Shown one piece after another: positions 21,220-31,457 of a stretch of DNA of 64,000 bases; the stretch's first letter is position 1; each line of letters begins with the position of its first letter. The stretch lies in contig JAYZKD010000007.1 of assembly GCA_036163815.1 (NCBI GenBank), positions 305 through 64,304 on the forward strand. The letters run 5' to 3'. Both the position numbers and the translations under genes were made by a program. The notes beneath the pieces were generated by a model. The model saw only the letters and a list, made by a program, of their open reading frames with translations, ran no database searches and had not been told where the DNA came from. The DNA is from Pseudomonadota bacterium (GTDB taxonomy: Bacteria; Pseudomonadota; Alphaproteobacteria; MED-G09).

Positions 21220-23481
21220 TCAATCCGATCTAAATCTAATATTAAAAAACTTAAAGATAATTAATAAACCAATTATTAATACTACTATCGGAGAAAACCA
21301 AAGAAAATATGTATTCATTTTTAAACGAGGTTTCATTAAAATATAATCTCCATATTTACTTCGTAAATAACCAAATATCTGATCATCGGTTTGGCCTTCT
21401 ATTACTTTTTGTCTTATTAACGCCCTAAGATCTTTTGCCAATGGCGCATCTGAATCATCAATTGTTTGACTCTGACAAACCATACACCTTACTTGAAGAT
21501 TAATATCGTGAATCCTTTTTTCTAAAGCGGGACTTAAGTCTTGAGAATATACGGCCAAAGGCGCAAAGAATATAAGAAAAATAAGAGAAATTTTAGTTAT
21601 AGATGTTTTCTTAAACCGTTTTATAAAAGATAATAAACCTCCTATAGCCATTAATAAACCACCTAACCAAATTAAAGTTATCATAGGCTTATACCAAATT
21701 CTTATAATCCAAGAATCTTCATCAATTTTTTCTCCTAGAACTAGATATAGTTGAGTAAAGTTATCATTTACAATAGCGGCTTCAGTAGTAAAAGACTGCT
21801 CAATAGGGTAAAATCTTTTTTCAGGATAAAGATTTTCTTTTTTTCCATTTTTTATTAAATAAAAGTCACCTTTAGTGCTTACATAATTTTCTTCTATTTG
21901 TTTACTAATTCCATTAAAAACCAATTCGTAACCAGAAAACTTAATTTTAGATTGTGTATTTAACTTATCCTCAAATTCTTGCTGAAAAGAACTCGAAAAT
22001 GAAATACCCAAAATAATAACAGCAAAGCCAGAATGCGCCAAAAATGAAGCCCAATTATTTAGACCAACAAGTCTGTAATTTATAATATTTTTAAAAGAAT
22101 TAGATAACAACCATACCGCAGATACAAATCCTATTATAAATAAAAGGGAAACTTTTGAAGTTAAAGAAAACATCAATACTAAAGCAAATAAGGTTATTAA
22201 TATTGGTAAGATTAAACCCGTAATTACATTAAGTGATTCATTCTTATTCCAGGCTAACGCAGGACCAACTGCGGAAAAAAAAGCCAAAAATATTGCAAAA
22301 GGGATTACAGTAATATTATAAAATGGCGGACCAACAGAAATTCTATCGTCAGTAAAAGTTTCAATAATAAGGGGATATATCGTACCTAAGAAGACAGTAA
22401 AGCCAATAATTGTTAACAATAAGTTATTAATTATTAAAAATACCTCTTTACTTAAGAAATTTAACTCTAGGCTTTTTTCTTTTAAATTATAGTTCTTAGC
22501 ATAAACTGTTAAACTTATAGTTGTGATCAAAGCTAGTAAAAGAAGTATAAAAATTCCTCTAGCTGGATCTGATGCAAAAGCATGAACAGAGGTAATTAAC
22601 CCTGAACGAACAAGAAAAGTACCTATAATTGATAAAATAAAACCAAGAAACGACAAGAGAACGCTCCAATTTATTAGTATATGTTTTTTTTCTAATGCTA
22701 GTAAATTATGCAAAAGCGCAGTTGAAACAATCCAAGGTATCAATGAAACATTTTCAACTGGATCCCAAAACCAATATCCTCCCCATCCTAGTTCATAATA
22801 TGCCCACCAAGAACCAAGTGCTATCCCTATAGTTAAGAAAATCCAAGAAATTAGCGCCCATGCTCTAAGGTTTTTTGCCCATTCCTGATCGATTGATTTT
22901 CTTATGAGTCCAGCCAGAGCAAAAGACCAAACAATTGATAAACCTACATAACCTAGATAAAGAAATGGTGGATGAAAAGCCAACCCAGGGTCCTGTAATA
23001 AAGGATTTAATCCATTTCCCTCAACAGCAATAATTTTATTTTCTTTTAGAGGGTTAGATAAAAAAAATAAATAAATAGTAAATCCTAGAGACAAAATCCC
23101 TTGTGACATTAATATTAAACTTTTAGTTACGCTATTAAGTGATTGATAATTAATAGAAATTATGAATCCATATAATGCCATAACCCAGCACCAAAGAAGC
23201 ATAGACCCTTCATGACTAGCCCATGACCCTGTTATTTTATAAATCATAGGTTTAAGGGTATGGCTATTTTCCCAGACATTCTGTATTGAAAAATCAGAAA
23301 CAATAAAACCATAAAGAAGGATAAAAAACGCCAAGGAAATAGAAATAAAATGAATGATAGTTAAGGTAGAAATAAGATTTGAAGATTTTTTATATAATTT
23401 TCCTAATAAAAAAAATAAAGCTTGTAAAAAAGATGCTGATAGGGCTAAAGCAATAAAAAAATTACCAAATTGACTTAACAT
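21220..23481 (-). CDS. ccmF: Cytochrome c heme lyase CcmF fused in frame to CcmH (CycL)
   Basis: CcmF body with the WWD motif WGGYWFWDPVEN. The last ~130 aa carry a signal-anchor, VRCMVCQSQTIDDSDAPLAKDLR (the CcmH LRCxxCQ motif) and a terminal TM helix. 753 aa with no stop between the two parts. Confidence 0.85.
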   Translation of the reverse strand: MLSQFGNFFIALALSASFLQALFFLLGKLYKKSSNLISTLTIIHFISISLAFFILLYGFIVSDFSIQNVWENSHTLKPMIYKITGSWASHEGSMLLWCWVMALYGFIISINYQSLNSVTKSLILMSQGILSLGFTIYLFFLSNPLKENKIIAVEGNGLNPLLQDPGLAFHPPFLYLGYVGLSIVWSFALAGLIRKSIDQEWAKNLRAWALISWIFLTIGIALGSWWAYYELGWGGYWFWDPVENVSLIPWIVSTALLHNLLALEKKHILINWSVLLSFLGFILSIIGTFLVRSGLITSVHAFASDPARGIFILLLLALITTISLTVYAKNYNLKEKSLELNFLSKEVFLIINNLLLTIIGFTVFLGTIYPLIIETFTDDRISVGPPFYNITVIPFAIFLAFFSAVGPALAWNKNESLNVITGLILPILITLFALVLMFSLTSKVSLLFIIGFVSAVWLLSNSFKNIINYRLVGLNNWASFLAHSGFAVIILGISFSSSFQQEFEDKLNTQSKIKFSGYELVFNGISKQIEENYVSTKGDFYLIKNGKKENLYPEKRFYPIEQSFTTEAAIVNDNFTQLYLVLGEKIDEDSWIIRIWYKPMITLIWLGGLLMAIGGLLSFIKRFKKTSITKISLIFLIFFAPLAVYSQDLSPALEKRIHDINLQVRCMVCQSQTIDDSDAPLAKDLRALIRQKVIEGQTDDQIFGYLRSKYGDYILMKPRLKMNTYFLWFSPIVVLIIGLLIIFKFFNIRFRSD

Positions 23482-23921
23482 TACTGATCCACACTATTCT
23501 TTTCCAATATATCTTTAACTTCTGGAGGCATATAATTCTCATCGTGCTTGGCTAAAATAGAAGAAGCATTAAAAAGAAGATTTTCTTTTATTCTTCCCTC
23601 TGCAATAACCCCTTGCCCCTCACGAAAAAGATCGGGTACTATACCTAAGTAATAAACCTTAATATCACTTCTAAAATCGGTAATTGTAAATACAATTGAT
23701 CCATCAGTAGATCTTAAAACTGAAGATTCTTTAACCATACCGCCCAGCCTGAGAAAGGATTGATCATTAATTTCACCTGACCTAACTTTTTGATATATTT
23801 CACTAGGAGAATAGAAAAAAACAATATTATCTCTTAAAGCCCATAAAATTAAATAAATAGATACTGCAGTTATGCTAATAAGGACAATTAATAAAGTTGC
23901 TCTTTTTCTTCTTTTAATCAT
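23481..23921 (-). CDS. ccmE: Heme chaperone CcmE
   Basis: N-terminal TM anchor, OB-fold body, heme-binding His motif LAKHDENYMPPEV. Confidence 0.95.
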   Translation of the reverse strand: MIKRRKRATLLIVLISITAVSIYLILWALRDNIVFFYSPSEIYQKVRSGEINDQSFLRLGGMVKESSVLRSTDGSIVFTITDFRSDIKVYYLGIVPDLFREGQGVIAEGRIKENLLFNASSILAKHDENYMPPEVKDILEKNSVDQ

Positions 23922-24054
23922 CTTTGTTTTGAATTGATTTGTATAGTTTCTTAGTTTTTGAAGAAAATCTGATAGATGAGATCACTAATAAAGATAAAAG
24001 TAATCCAGTAAATAAATAGGCTATGAGAACAAATATATTATAGTTTTCAAACAT
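23914..24054 (-). CDS. ccmD: Heme exporter protein CcmD (46 aa; not in the supplied ORF track)
   Basis: Hand translation gives MFENYNIFVLIAYLFTGLLLSLLVISSIRFSSKTKKLYKSIQNKDD. It has a single TM helix and a basic tail. Its stop overlaps the ccmE ATG (GATGATTAA). It sits in the canonical slot between ccmC and ccmE. Confidence 0.65.
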   Translation of the reverse strand: MFENYNIFVLIAYLFTGLLLSLLVISSIRFSSKTKKLYKSIQNKDD

Positions 24055-24068
24055 AATTCATATATTAA

Positions 24069-24785
24069 CTATTTAGAATTTAAAGTATATGCAACAAAAC
24101 GTCTTAGGTTTAATTCAGCAATAAATCTTTTAGAAAAAATATAAATAAATAATAACATAAACGATAAAAACATAATCATTAATGGTATTAACATTTCATT
24201 ATGAATTGATGGCGAACCAAGCTTAGAAATGCTTGCTGGTTGATGAAGAGTGGTCCAAAAATCTACTGAAAACTTAATTATTGGTATATTGATAAAACCA
24301 ACAAGTGCTAATACTGAAGAGATTTTATCGCCTTTTGAAGGATCATTAAAAGATTTAGAAAAAATAATAAAACCTACATAAAAGAAGAATAAAATGAAAA
24401 CTGAGGTTAGTCTGGCATCCCAAACCCACCAAGTTCCCCACATTGGTTTACCCCATAAAGATCCGGTAACAAGAGTAATTAAAGTAAAAAATGCTCCAAT
24501 TGGTGCTACAGCTTTAGCGAAAATATAAGCCACTAAATGCCCATAGATTAAACCTAATAAACTCGATATAGCAATTGCAGTATATATAAACATCGACATC
24601 CATGCTGATGGTACATGAACATACATAATCCTGACTGTTTCACCTTGCTGATAATCGGGTGGTGAATTAAACAAAGCAAACCAAATGCCTATAAATAAAA
24701 AAATTAAAGATAAACAACCCGCCCATGGGGAAATAATTTTGATATATCTCTCTAGAACTCCAGGATTTACAAGGCTTGACTTCAA
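24069..24785 (-). CDS. ccmC: Heme exporter protein CcmC
   Basis: TTG start. DYQQGETVRIMYVHVPSAW and the WWD motif WGTWWVWDARLTS. Confidence 0.95.
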   Translation of the reverse strand: MKSSLVNPGVLERYIKIISPWAGCLSLIFLFIGIWFALFNSPPDYQQGETVRIMYVHVPSAWMSMFIYTAIAISSLLGLIYGHLVAYIFAKAVAPIGAFFTLITLVTGSLWGKPMWGTWWVWDARLTSVFILFFFYVGFIIFSKSFNDPSKGDKISSVLALVGFINIPIIKFSVDFWTTLHQPASISKLGSPSIHNEMLIPLMIMFLSFMLLFIYIFSKRFIAELNLRRFVAYTLNSK

Positions 24786-24895
24786 GAAATCTCCATTATT
24801 GATCTGTTAAGTATTATTTTATATAAATTATTTCTATTAAATGAAATTATTTTCTTTATCTTTCAGTTATCATAAGTAATTTGTTATAAAATTAT

Positions 24896-26221
24896 ATGGA
24901 AAAGAATCTTAAAAAATACCTAATTTCTAGTGTTCCTTCTCTTGATGAATGGAAGGAAATTGCAAATAAATCATTAAAAGATATTTCAATTGAAGATTTA
25001 TATAAAGATTATGATAAAGATCTTCAAAAAAAGATTCTTTACACTGAAGATGACTGCAAAAAAAACGCAAACTATTCTTATTCAAGGGGAATTAAAAAAA
25101 ACTACAATGAAAACTTACCTTGGCATATTTGTTCAGTTATAGATCCAACAAATGATGTTCAATTGTATAATTCAAGAATTCTTAACGAGTTAGAAAGGGG
25201 TGCGTCATCGATAGAGATTTCTTATATTCCACAAGAAAATACAAATAAAATTTTTAATAGTATAGATTTATCAATTGCGCCAATTTTTATAAGAAATACT
25301 GAAGAACCATTGAAAAATGCAGTAAAATTTTTAGGTCTTATAGAAGATTGGGAAAATGAAAATAAGAAAGAAGCTATCGGTGGATTAGAAATTGATCCAA
25401 TAGCAACTCAAACCCAAAAGAACGAGGAATTTAAAAAGCAAGACTTATATCAGAATTATGTTGATTTTATTAAGCAAAATAAAGAAAAATCACTAAATCT
25501 AATTACCTACGATGGAACAATTTGGAATGAATTAGGGGCTACATTAATTGAAGAAATTTCTCTCATTGTTTCAAGCTTTTTAGACTCGATCAAAAAAGAT
25601 CTAATAGATGATGGGACATCTCTGAATTTTACAATTTCCCTTGATACAGATTTTTTCTTAAATATTGCAAAGATTAGGGCCGCAAGATTAGTATTAAAAA
25701 ACATCCTTAATCATTTCAATCTTAATCCAAAAATTTCAATCTCAGCTAAAACTTCAAAAGAAATAATTTACAGAGAAAGTCCTTGGGTAAATCAGTTAAG
25801 AATTACAAATGCTTCTTTGGCAGCTGCTATGGCTAATGTTGACAGATTAACTTGTTATCATATCACCAATCCAATTGGGCAAGCACCTGAATTTGTAAGA
25901 AGATTAACTAGAAATACCCATATAATTCTCCAAGAAGAATCTAATATAGGAAAGATTCAAGACCCTTCAGGGGGATCGTATTATATAGAGAAGATTACCA
26001 CATCAATTTCTGAAAAATCTTTAACATTAATTAAAGAAATTGAAAAAAATAATGGGATTCTTGAATTTATTAAAGAAACGAATTTTTTAACAAAATTAAA
26101 TCGTAATAAAGAAAAAAAGAAAGTTAATTTAAAGAACAAAACTCTAAAAAGAATTGGAGTAAATTTATTTCCAGATAAGGAAAAAAGGGAAATTAATGTT
26201 AAGCCCTATGAGATTTTGTAA
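24896..26221 (+). CDS. mutA: Methylmalonyl-CoA mutase small (beta) subunit, short form without a C-terminal Rossmann domain
   Basis: MCM-barrel-like motifs (AKIRAARLVLKNIL, QEESNIGKIQDPSGGSYYIE). TAATG overlap with the large subunit. Ends in the linker equivalent to IGVN of MutB. Confidence 0.75.
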   Translation: MEKNLKKYLISSVPSLDEWKEIANKSLKDISIEDLYKDYDKDLQKKILYTEDDCKKNANYSYSRGIKKNYNENLPWHICSVIDPTNDVQLYNSRILNELERGASSIEISYIPQENTNKIFNSIDLSIAPIFIRNTEEPLKNAVKFLGLIEDWENENKKEAIGGLEIDPIATQTQKNEEFKKQDLYQNYVDFIKQNKEKSLNLITYDGTIWNELGATLIEEISLIVSSFLDSIKKDLIDDGTSLNFTISLDTDFFLNIAKIRAARLVLKNILNHFNLNPKISISAKTSKEIIYRESPWVNQLRITNASLAAAMANVDRLTCYHITNPIGQAPEFVRRLTRNTHIILQEESNIGKIQDPSGGSYYIEKITTSISEKSLTLIKEIEKNNGILEFIKETNFLTKLNRNKEKKKVNLKNKTLKRIGVNLFPDKEKREINVKPYEIL

Positions 26222-28374
26222 TGATAAAAAAAGATAAATTTAAAGAGATACAAAACTTAAATCTTTCATACGGCGATGATGATGAAAACAAAAATGTTAA
26301 GGCAAAAAATAATATTCTCGAAACTCCTGAAGGTATAACTTTGAAATCCTTTTATACCAAGGACGATATTGAAAGTTTCAATCATCAAAAAACATTTCCT
26401 GGAATAGATCCATTTGTAAGAGGTCCTTATCCCACTATGTATTCGAATAAGCCTTGGACAATTAGACAATATGCAGGATTTTCAACTGCAGAAGAATCCA
26501 ATGCGTTTTATAAAAGAAACCTTGAAGCTGGGCAGATGGGTCTATCAATTGCTTTCGATTTGGCAACACATAGAGGTTATGACTCTGATAATCCAATAGT
26601 TTCTGATGATGTCGGAATGGCGGGAGTTGCAATAGATTCAATTTTAGATATGAGAATTTTATTTAAAGATATTCCTTTAGATAAAATGTCGGTTTCCATG
26701 ACGATGAATGGTGCTGTTATACCTATAATGGCGTTATATATTGTTGCCGCTGAAGAACAAGGCGTCCTACCAGAACAATTAAAAGGGACTATTCAAAATG
26801 ATGTATTAAAAGAATTTATGGTGAGAAATACATACATATACCCTCCAAAACCTTCAATGAGAATAATATCTGATATTTTTGAATATACATCAAAAAACAT
26901 GCCAAAATTTAATTCTATATCTATTTCTGGATATCATATGCAAGAAGCAGGTGCATCTGCAGATCTAGAGTTGGCTTATACCTTAGCGGACGGTTTGGAG
27001 TACATTAAAGCAGGTATCAATGCTGGACTTGATATAGATGCATTTGCACCAAGATTATCCTTTTTCTGGGCTATTGGAATGGATTATTTTATGGAAATCG
27101 CAAAATTAAGAGCGGCAAGACTCTTATGGGCAAACCTAGTACGAGATTTTAAACCAAGTGATCCTAGATCTTTAGCGCTAAGAACACACTCACAAACCTC
27201 TGGTTGGTCTTTAACTGCGCAAGATCCTCTTAATAATATAACAAGAACATGTATTGAGGCACTATCTGCAGTTCATGGTCACACGCAATCACTTCATACA
27301 AATAGTTTTGATGAAGCAATAGCTTTACCTACAGATTTTTCTGCACAAATTTCAAGAAACACTCAACTATTTTTACAAAACGAAACAGGAACTTCTGATG
27401 TAATTGATCCATGGGGCGGTTCATATTTTGTAGAAAAATTAACTCATGAACTTGCACAAAAAGCTTTAATTCATATTCAAGAAATTGAAGATTTAGGTGG
27501 TATGACAGAAGCGCTAGAAAAAGGTATTCCTAAAATGCGTATTGAAGAATCTTCTACCAGGATTCAGGCAAAAATTGACTCAGCTGAAAGAACTGTTGTT
27601 GGTGTAAACAAATTTACATTATCTGCTAATGAAGAAGAAAAAATTGATCATTTAGTGGTTGATAATTCTAAGGTACTTCAAAATCAAATTGGTAGAATCA
27701 ACGAGATTAAAAATACTAGAAATAATAAAAATGTAGAGAAAAGCCTTGAAAAACTTACTAGTGGTGCTTCAGAAAATGGAAATGTCCTTGAGCTTGCAAT
27801 AAATGCAGTTAGAGAAGGAGCAACTGTAGGTGAAATATCTTCTGCTATGGAAAAGGTATGGAAAAGGCATAAAGCAAAAATAAATCTTGTAAAAGATATA
27901 TATGGTGAAAACTTTAATTCAGATAGCATAAATATTGTAAGAAAACGGGTTAAAGATTTTGAAATTAGAGAAAAAAGAAAACCTAAAGTATATATTGCTA
28001 AATTAGGTCAAGATGGTCACGATAGAGGCCAGAAAGTCGTAGGAAGTGCATTATCTGATATGGGTTTTGATGTAGAAGTGGGCCCCCTATTTCAAACACC
28101 TTTTGAGGCGGCATTAGAAGCTGTAAAATTAGAAATAGATATAATTGCTTCATCTTCATTAGCTGCTGGTCATCTTACCTTAATACCTAAATTAAGAGAG
28201 GAATTAGATAATCAAGGAAATAATAATATACATATAATTGTGGGTGGAGTTATACCTAAAGAAGATTATTCTCAACTTATAGATAAGGGAGCAACTGCAA
28301 TCTTTTCTACCGGAACAAATATAGTTAATTCAGCTATGGAAATATTAGAGATAATTGAAAACTCTAATTCTTAA
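26221..28374 (+). CDS. mutB: Methylmalonyl-CoA mutase large (alpha) subunit, B12-dependent
   Basis: RQYAGFSTAEESN, AKLRAARLLWA, and the cobalamin-binding DxHxxG motif in GQDGHDRGQKVV. 717 aa. Confidence 0.95.
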   Translation: MIKKDKFKEIQNLNLSYGDDDENKNVKAKNNILETPEGITLKSFYTKDDIESFNHQKTFPGIDPFVRGPYPTMYSNKPWTIRQYAGFSTAEESNAFYKRNLEAGQMGLSIAFDLATHRGYDSDNPIVSDDVGMAGVAIDSILDMRILFKDIPLDKMSVSMTMNGAVIPIMALYIVAAEEQGVLPEQLKGTIQNDVLKEFMVRNTYIYPPKPSMRIISDIFEYTSKNMPKFNSISISGYHMQEAGASADLELAYTLADGLEYIKAGINAGLDIDAFAPRLSFFWAIGMDYFMEIAKLRAARLLWANLVRDFKPSDPRSLALRTHSQTSGWSLTAQDPLNNITRTCIEALSAVHGHTQSLHTNSFDEAIALPTDFSAQISRNTQLFLQNETGTSDVIDPWGGSYFVEKLTHELAQKALIHIQEIEDLGGMTEALEKGIPKMRIEESSTRIQAKIDSAERTVVGVNKFTLSANEEEKIDHLVVDNSKVLQNQIGRINEIKNTRNNKNVEKSLEKLTSGASENGNVLELAINAVREGATVGEISSAMEKVWKRHKAKINLVKDIYGENFNSDSINIVRKRVKDFEIREKRKPKVYIAKLGQDGHDRGQKVVGSALSDMGFDVEVGPLFQTPFEAALEAVKLEIDIIASSSLAAGHLTLIPKLREELDNQGNNNIHIIVGGVIPKEDYSQLIDKGATAIFSTGTNIVNSAMEILEIIENSNS

Positions 28375-29224
28375 CCACCCTTATTAAGCCTTCTTGAGCT
28401 ACGGAAGCAATAAGATTTCCATCACTATCAAATATTGAACCTCTATTAAACCCTCTTGCACCTGATGCCGAAGGGCTATCTTGTTGGTATAACAACCATT
28501 CATCAGCCTTAAAAGGTCTATGAAACCACATTGCATGATCAAGACTTGCGGAATGAAGATTTGGATTCATAAAATTAATACCATGAGGATTTGTGCAGGT
28601 GTCTAAGAGTGTCATATCAGACATATAAGCAAGAACACATTGTTGCAGAGAAACATCCTTTGGCAACTTAGACCTTGCTCTAAACCATACAAATTGTTTT
28701 GCCTCTTTAGGTTTTGGATCCAATAAATCAATTGGATCAATCGGCCTAACTTCTACGGGCCATTCTTTTTTGAAAGAATCCCTATATTCTTCTGGAAGAC
28801 TATCGGATATTTTTTTTCTTAATTCGTCTTCTGTAATTAAATTCTCAGGATTCTCTACTTCTGGCATTAAGTCTTGATGATTTAAGCCATCTTCTTGATT
28901 TTGAAAGGATGCAGCTAAGTGAAATATTTGTTTTCCATGCTGGATTGCCACAACCCTTCTAGAAGTAAAAGATCTTCCATCTCTGGATCTATCAACTTCA
29001 TAAAGAATTGGAACTTTTGGATCCCCAGGCCTTAAAAAATATCCATGCAATGAGTGACAAATTCTATCCTTAACAGTTCTATTAGCTGCAACAAGAGCTT
29101 GTCCTATAACTTGGCCTCCGTAAACTCTTTGCCAACGATCACTTGGGCTATGACCTCTAAAAAGATTCACTTCTATTCTCTCAATATCAAGAAGGTTAAT
29201 TAAATCTTCTAGTTTTTCATTCAT
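28364..29224 (-). CDS. tesB: Acyl-CoA thioesterase II
   Basis: YGGQVIGQALVAA, double hot-dog length (286 aa), SLDHAMWFHR motif. Confidence 0.9.
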   Translation of the reverse strand: MNEKLEDLINLLDIERIEVNLFRGHSPSDRWQRVYGGQVIGQALVAANRTVKDRICHSLHGYFLRPGDPKVPILYEVDRSRDGRSFTSRRVVAIQHGKQIFHLAASFQNQEDGLNHQDLMPEVENPENLITEDELRKKISDSLPEEYRDSFKKEWPVEVRPIDPIDLLDPKPKEAKQFVWFRARSKLPKDVSLQQCVLAYMSDMTLLDTCTNPHGINFMNPNLHSASLDHAMWFHRPFKADEWLLYQQDSPSASGARGFNRGSIFDSDGNLIASVAQEGLIRVVKN

Positions 29225-29241
29225 AATGATTTAACCTTTGA

Positions 29242-29985
29242 TTATCTAGCTTTTTGATTAAATAGAACTGATCTAGCTTTTTTTCCTTCTTTGCTTTTAT
29301 CTGCTAAACCAGCATTTCTCAGATTTCTCATTACCTTTCCAACATCAAGACCCTTCTGAACCGCTGGTCGAGATCCAACTTTTTCAAACCATTTGAACAA
29401 ATGTGGAAAATCTTTTAATTTTTGGCCTTGCATTTTTTTAGAAATTTTAGAAGGCAGAACCCAACCCCAACACGCCATATCTGCAATAGAATATCTTCCT
29501 GCTAAATATTCATTCTTTCTTAATTGCTTATTCATAACACCATATAACCTATTAACTTCATTAGTGTATCTTTTGACAGAATAATTTAATTTTTCTTTAG
29601 TAAATTGAGGCGCATACATTCTAAAATGATGGGCTTGGCCTGCCATAGGACCTAGACCACCCATTTGCCAAAAAAGCCATTGGTCAACATTTGACCTTTC
29701 CCTTTCATTTTTAGGATAAAATTTACCTGATTTTCTTCCAAGATATTGAAGTATAGCTCCTGACTCAAAAACAGAAATTGGTTTATTGCCTGGTCCATTA
29801 GGATCAACTATTGCAGGTATTCTATTGTTTGGAGATATTTTTAAAAAAGAAGGCTTAAATTGTTCACCTTTCCCAATATTTATAGGCACTATCTTATAGG
29901 GAATTTTACATTCCTCTAACATTATTGATATTTTCCAACCGTTAGGCGTATCAGCAAAATATAATTCAATTGGTTTTTTTGACAT
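29242..29985 (-). CDS. Glutathione S-transferase family protein (Nu-class, YfcG/YghU-like)
   Basis: TPNGWKISIMLEE...GEQFKPSFLKISPNNRIPAIVD...VFESGAILQYL thioredoxin-like N-domain. Confidence 0.8.
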   Translation of the reverse strand: MSKKPIELYFADTPNGWKISIMLEECKIPYKIVPINIGKGEQFKPSFLKISPNNRIPAIVDPNGPGNKPISVFESGAILQYLGRKSGKFYPKNERERSNVDQWLFWQMGGLGPMAGQAHHFRMYAPQFTKEKLNYSVKRYTNEVNRLYGVMNKQLRKNEYLAGRYSIADMACWGWVLPSKISKKMQGQKLKDFPHLFKWFEKVGSRPAVQKGLDVGKVMRNLRNAGLADKSKEGKKARSVLFNQKAR

Positions 29986-30005
29986 AATTTCCTCTTTTTA
30001 TCATT

Positions 30006-31457
30006 TTATACATTTAGTTTACTATTTAAAAGTTCATTAACAAGTTTTGGGTTTGCTTTCCCATTAGTCTCCTTCATAACCTGACCTACAAACCAACCCA
30101 TTAACTTCGGTTTTTCTTTAACAGCCATTACCTGGTCAGGATTGTTTTGAATAATATTGTCAATTATTAATTCAAGTTCTCCAGTATCTGAAACCTGTTT
30201 CATCCCTTCTCTTTCAACTATATCTTCAGGGTTTTCATCGTTCTTTAGCATTAACTCAAAAATATCTTTTGCCATTCGCGTTGAAATTGTATTCTCTTCT
30301 ATTAATTGAATTAACTTTGAAAAATTATCTTTACTGATCGGACTATCTGAAACAGTAAATCCATTCTTATTCATAGCTGCAAAAAACTCACCAGTTATCC
30401 AATTGGAGGTAATTTTTGGGTCTCTTCCTTTTACAATATCTTCAAAGAAATCAGCTATATCAATTTCTGATACTAAAATATTTGCATCATATTTAGATAA
30501 TGAATATTCATTTTGGAATCTATTTTTCTTCTCGTCAGGTAGTTCTGGTAAAGTTGCTCTTATTTCTTCAACAACATCTTTTGAAAAAGACAAAGGTAAA
30601 AGATCAGGATCGGGAAAATATCTATAATCATGAGCCTCTTCTTTACTTCTCATTGATCTTGTTTCTCCTTTTTTTGGATCAAACAATCTTGTTTCCTGAT
30701 CAATATTTTTTGAATCTTCTAAAAGTTCAATTTGTCTTCTTGCTTCGTAGTCAATAGCTTGGCCAATAAACTTAATTGAATTTACATTTTTTATTTCACA
30801 ACGTGTTCCTAAATCCTCTCCTGGTTTTCTTACAGAAACATTTATATCTGCCCTTAAGGATCCTTCCTCCATATTGCCGTCACAGGTTCCTAAATATCTC
30901 ATAATGCTTCTTAATTTCTTTATATAAGATTGAGCTTCCTCAGCAGAACTAATATCAGGCATAGAAACTATTTCCATCAGAGCAACACCAGATCTATTAA
31001 GGTCAACATAAGAATAAGAAGGATTCTGATCATGTAAGGATTTTCCCGCATCTTGCTCCAAATGTAATCTTTCAATCCTAATAGTTTTTGTGTTTTCGCT
31101 GTCCAGATCAATAATAATTTCACCTTCACCAACTATAGGTTGTTTGAATTGAGAAATTTGATAGCCTTGGGGTAAATCAGGATAAAAATAATTCTTTCTA
31201 TCAAAAATTGAGTAATTATTAATTTTTGCATTTAAGCCTAAACCAGTTTTAATAGCCTGCTCTACACATACCCAATTAATAACAGGAAGCATGCCTGGCA
31301 TTCCTGCGTCAACGAAACTCACTTGTGAATTATGTTCCCCACCAAATTGGGTTGATGCAGAAGAAAAAAGTTTTGAATTTGATATAATTTGCGCATGTAC
31401 CTCAATACCAATTACCACCTCCCAATCACCAGTTTCTCCTCTTATTAAGTTATTCAT
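30006..31457 (-). CDS. gatB: Asp/Glu-tRNA amidotransferase subunit B
   Basis: [13 protein letters not shown]-terminus and a C-terminal YqeY-like domain. Sits in the gatCAB order. Confidence 0.95.
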   Translation of the reverse strand: MNNLIRGETGDWEVVIGIEVHAQIISNSKLFSSASTQFGGEHNSQVSFVDAGMPGMLPVINWVCVEQAIKTGLGLNAKINNYSIFDRKNYFYPDLPQGYQISQFKQPIVGEGEIIIDLDSENTKTIRIERLHLEQDAGKSLHDQNPSYSYVDLNRSGVALMEIVSMPDISSAEEAQSYIKKLRSIMRYLGTCDGNMEEGSLRADINVSVRKPGEDLGTRCEIKNVNSIKFIGQAIDYEARRQIELLEDSKNIDQETRLFDPKKGETRSMRSKEEAHDYRYFPDPDLLPLSFSKDVVEEIRATLPELPDEKKNRFQNEYSLSKYDANILVSEIDIADFFEDIVKGRDPKITSNWITGEFFAAMNKNGFTVSDSPISKDNFSKLIQLIEENTISTRMAKDIFELMLKNDENPEDIVEREGMKQVSDTGELELIIDNIIQNNPDQVMAVKEKPKLMGWFVGQVMKETNGKANPKLVNELLNSKLNV

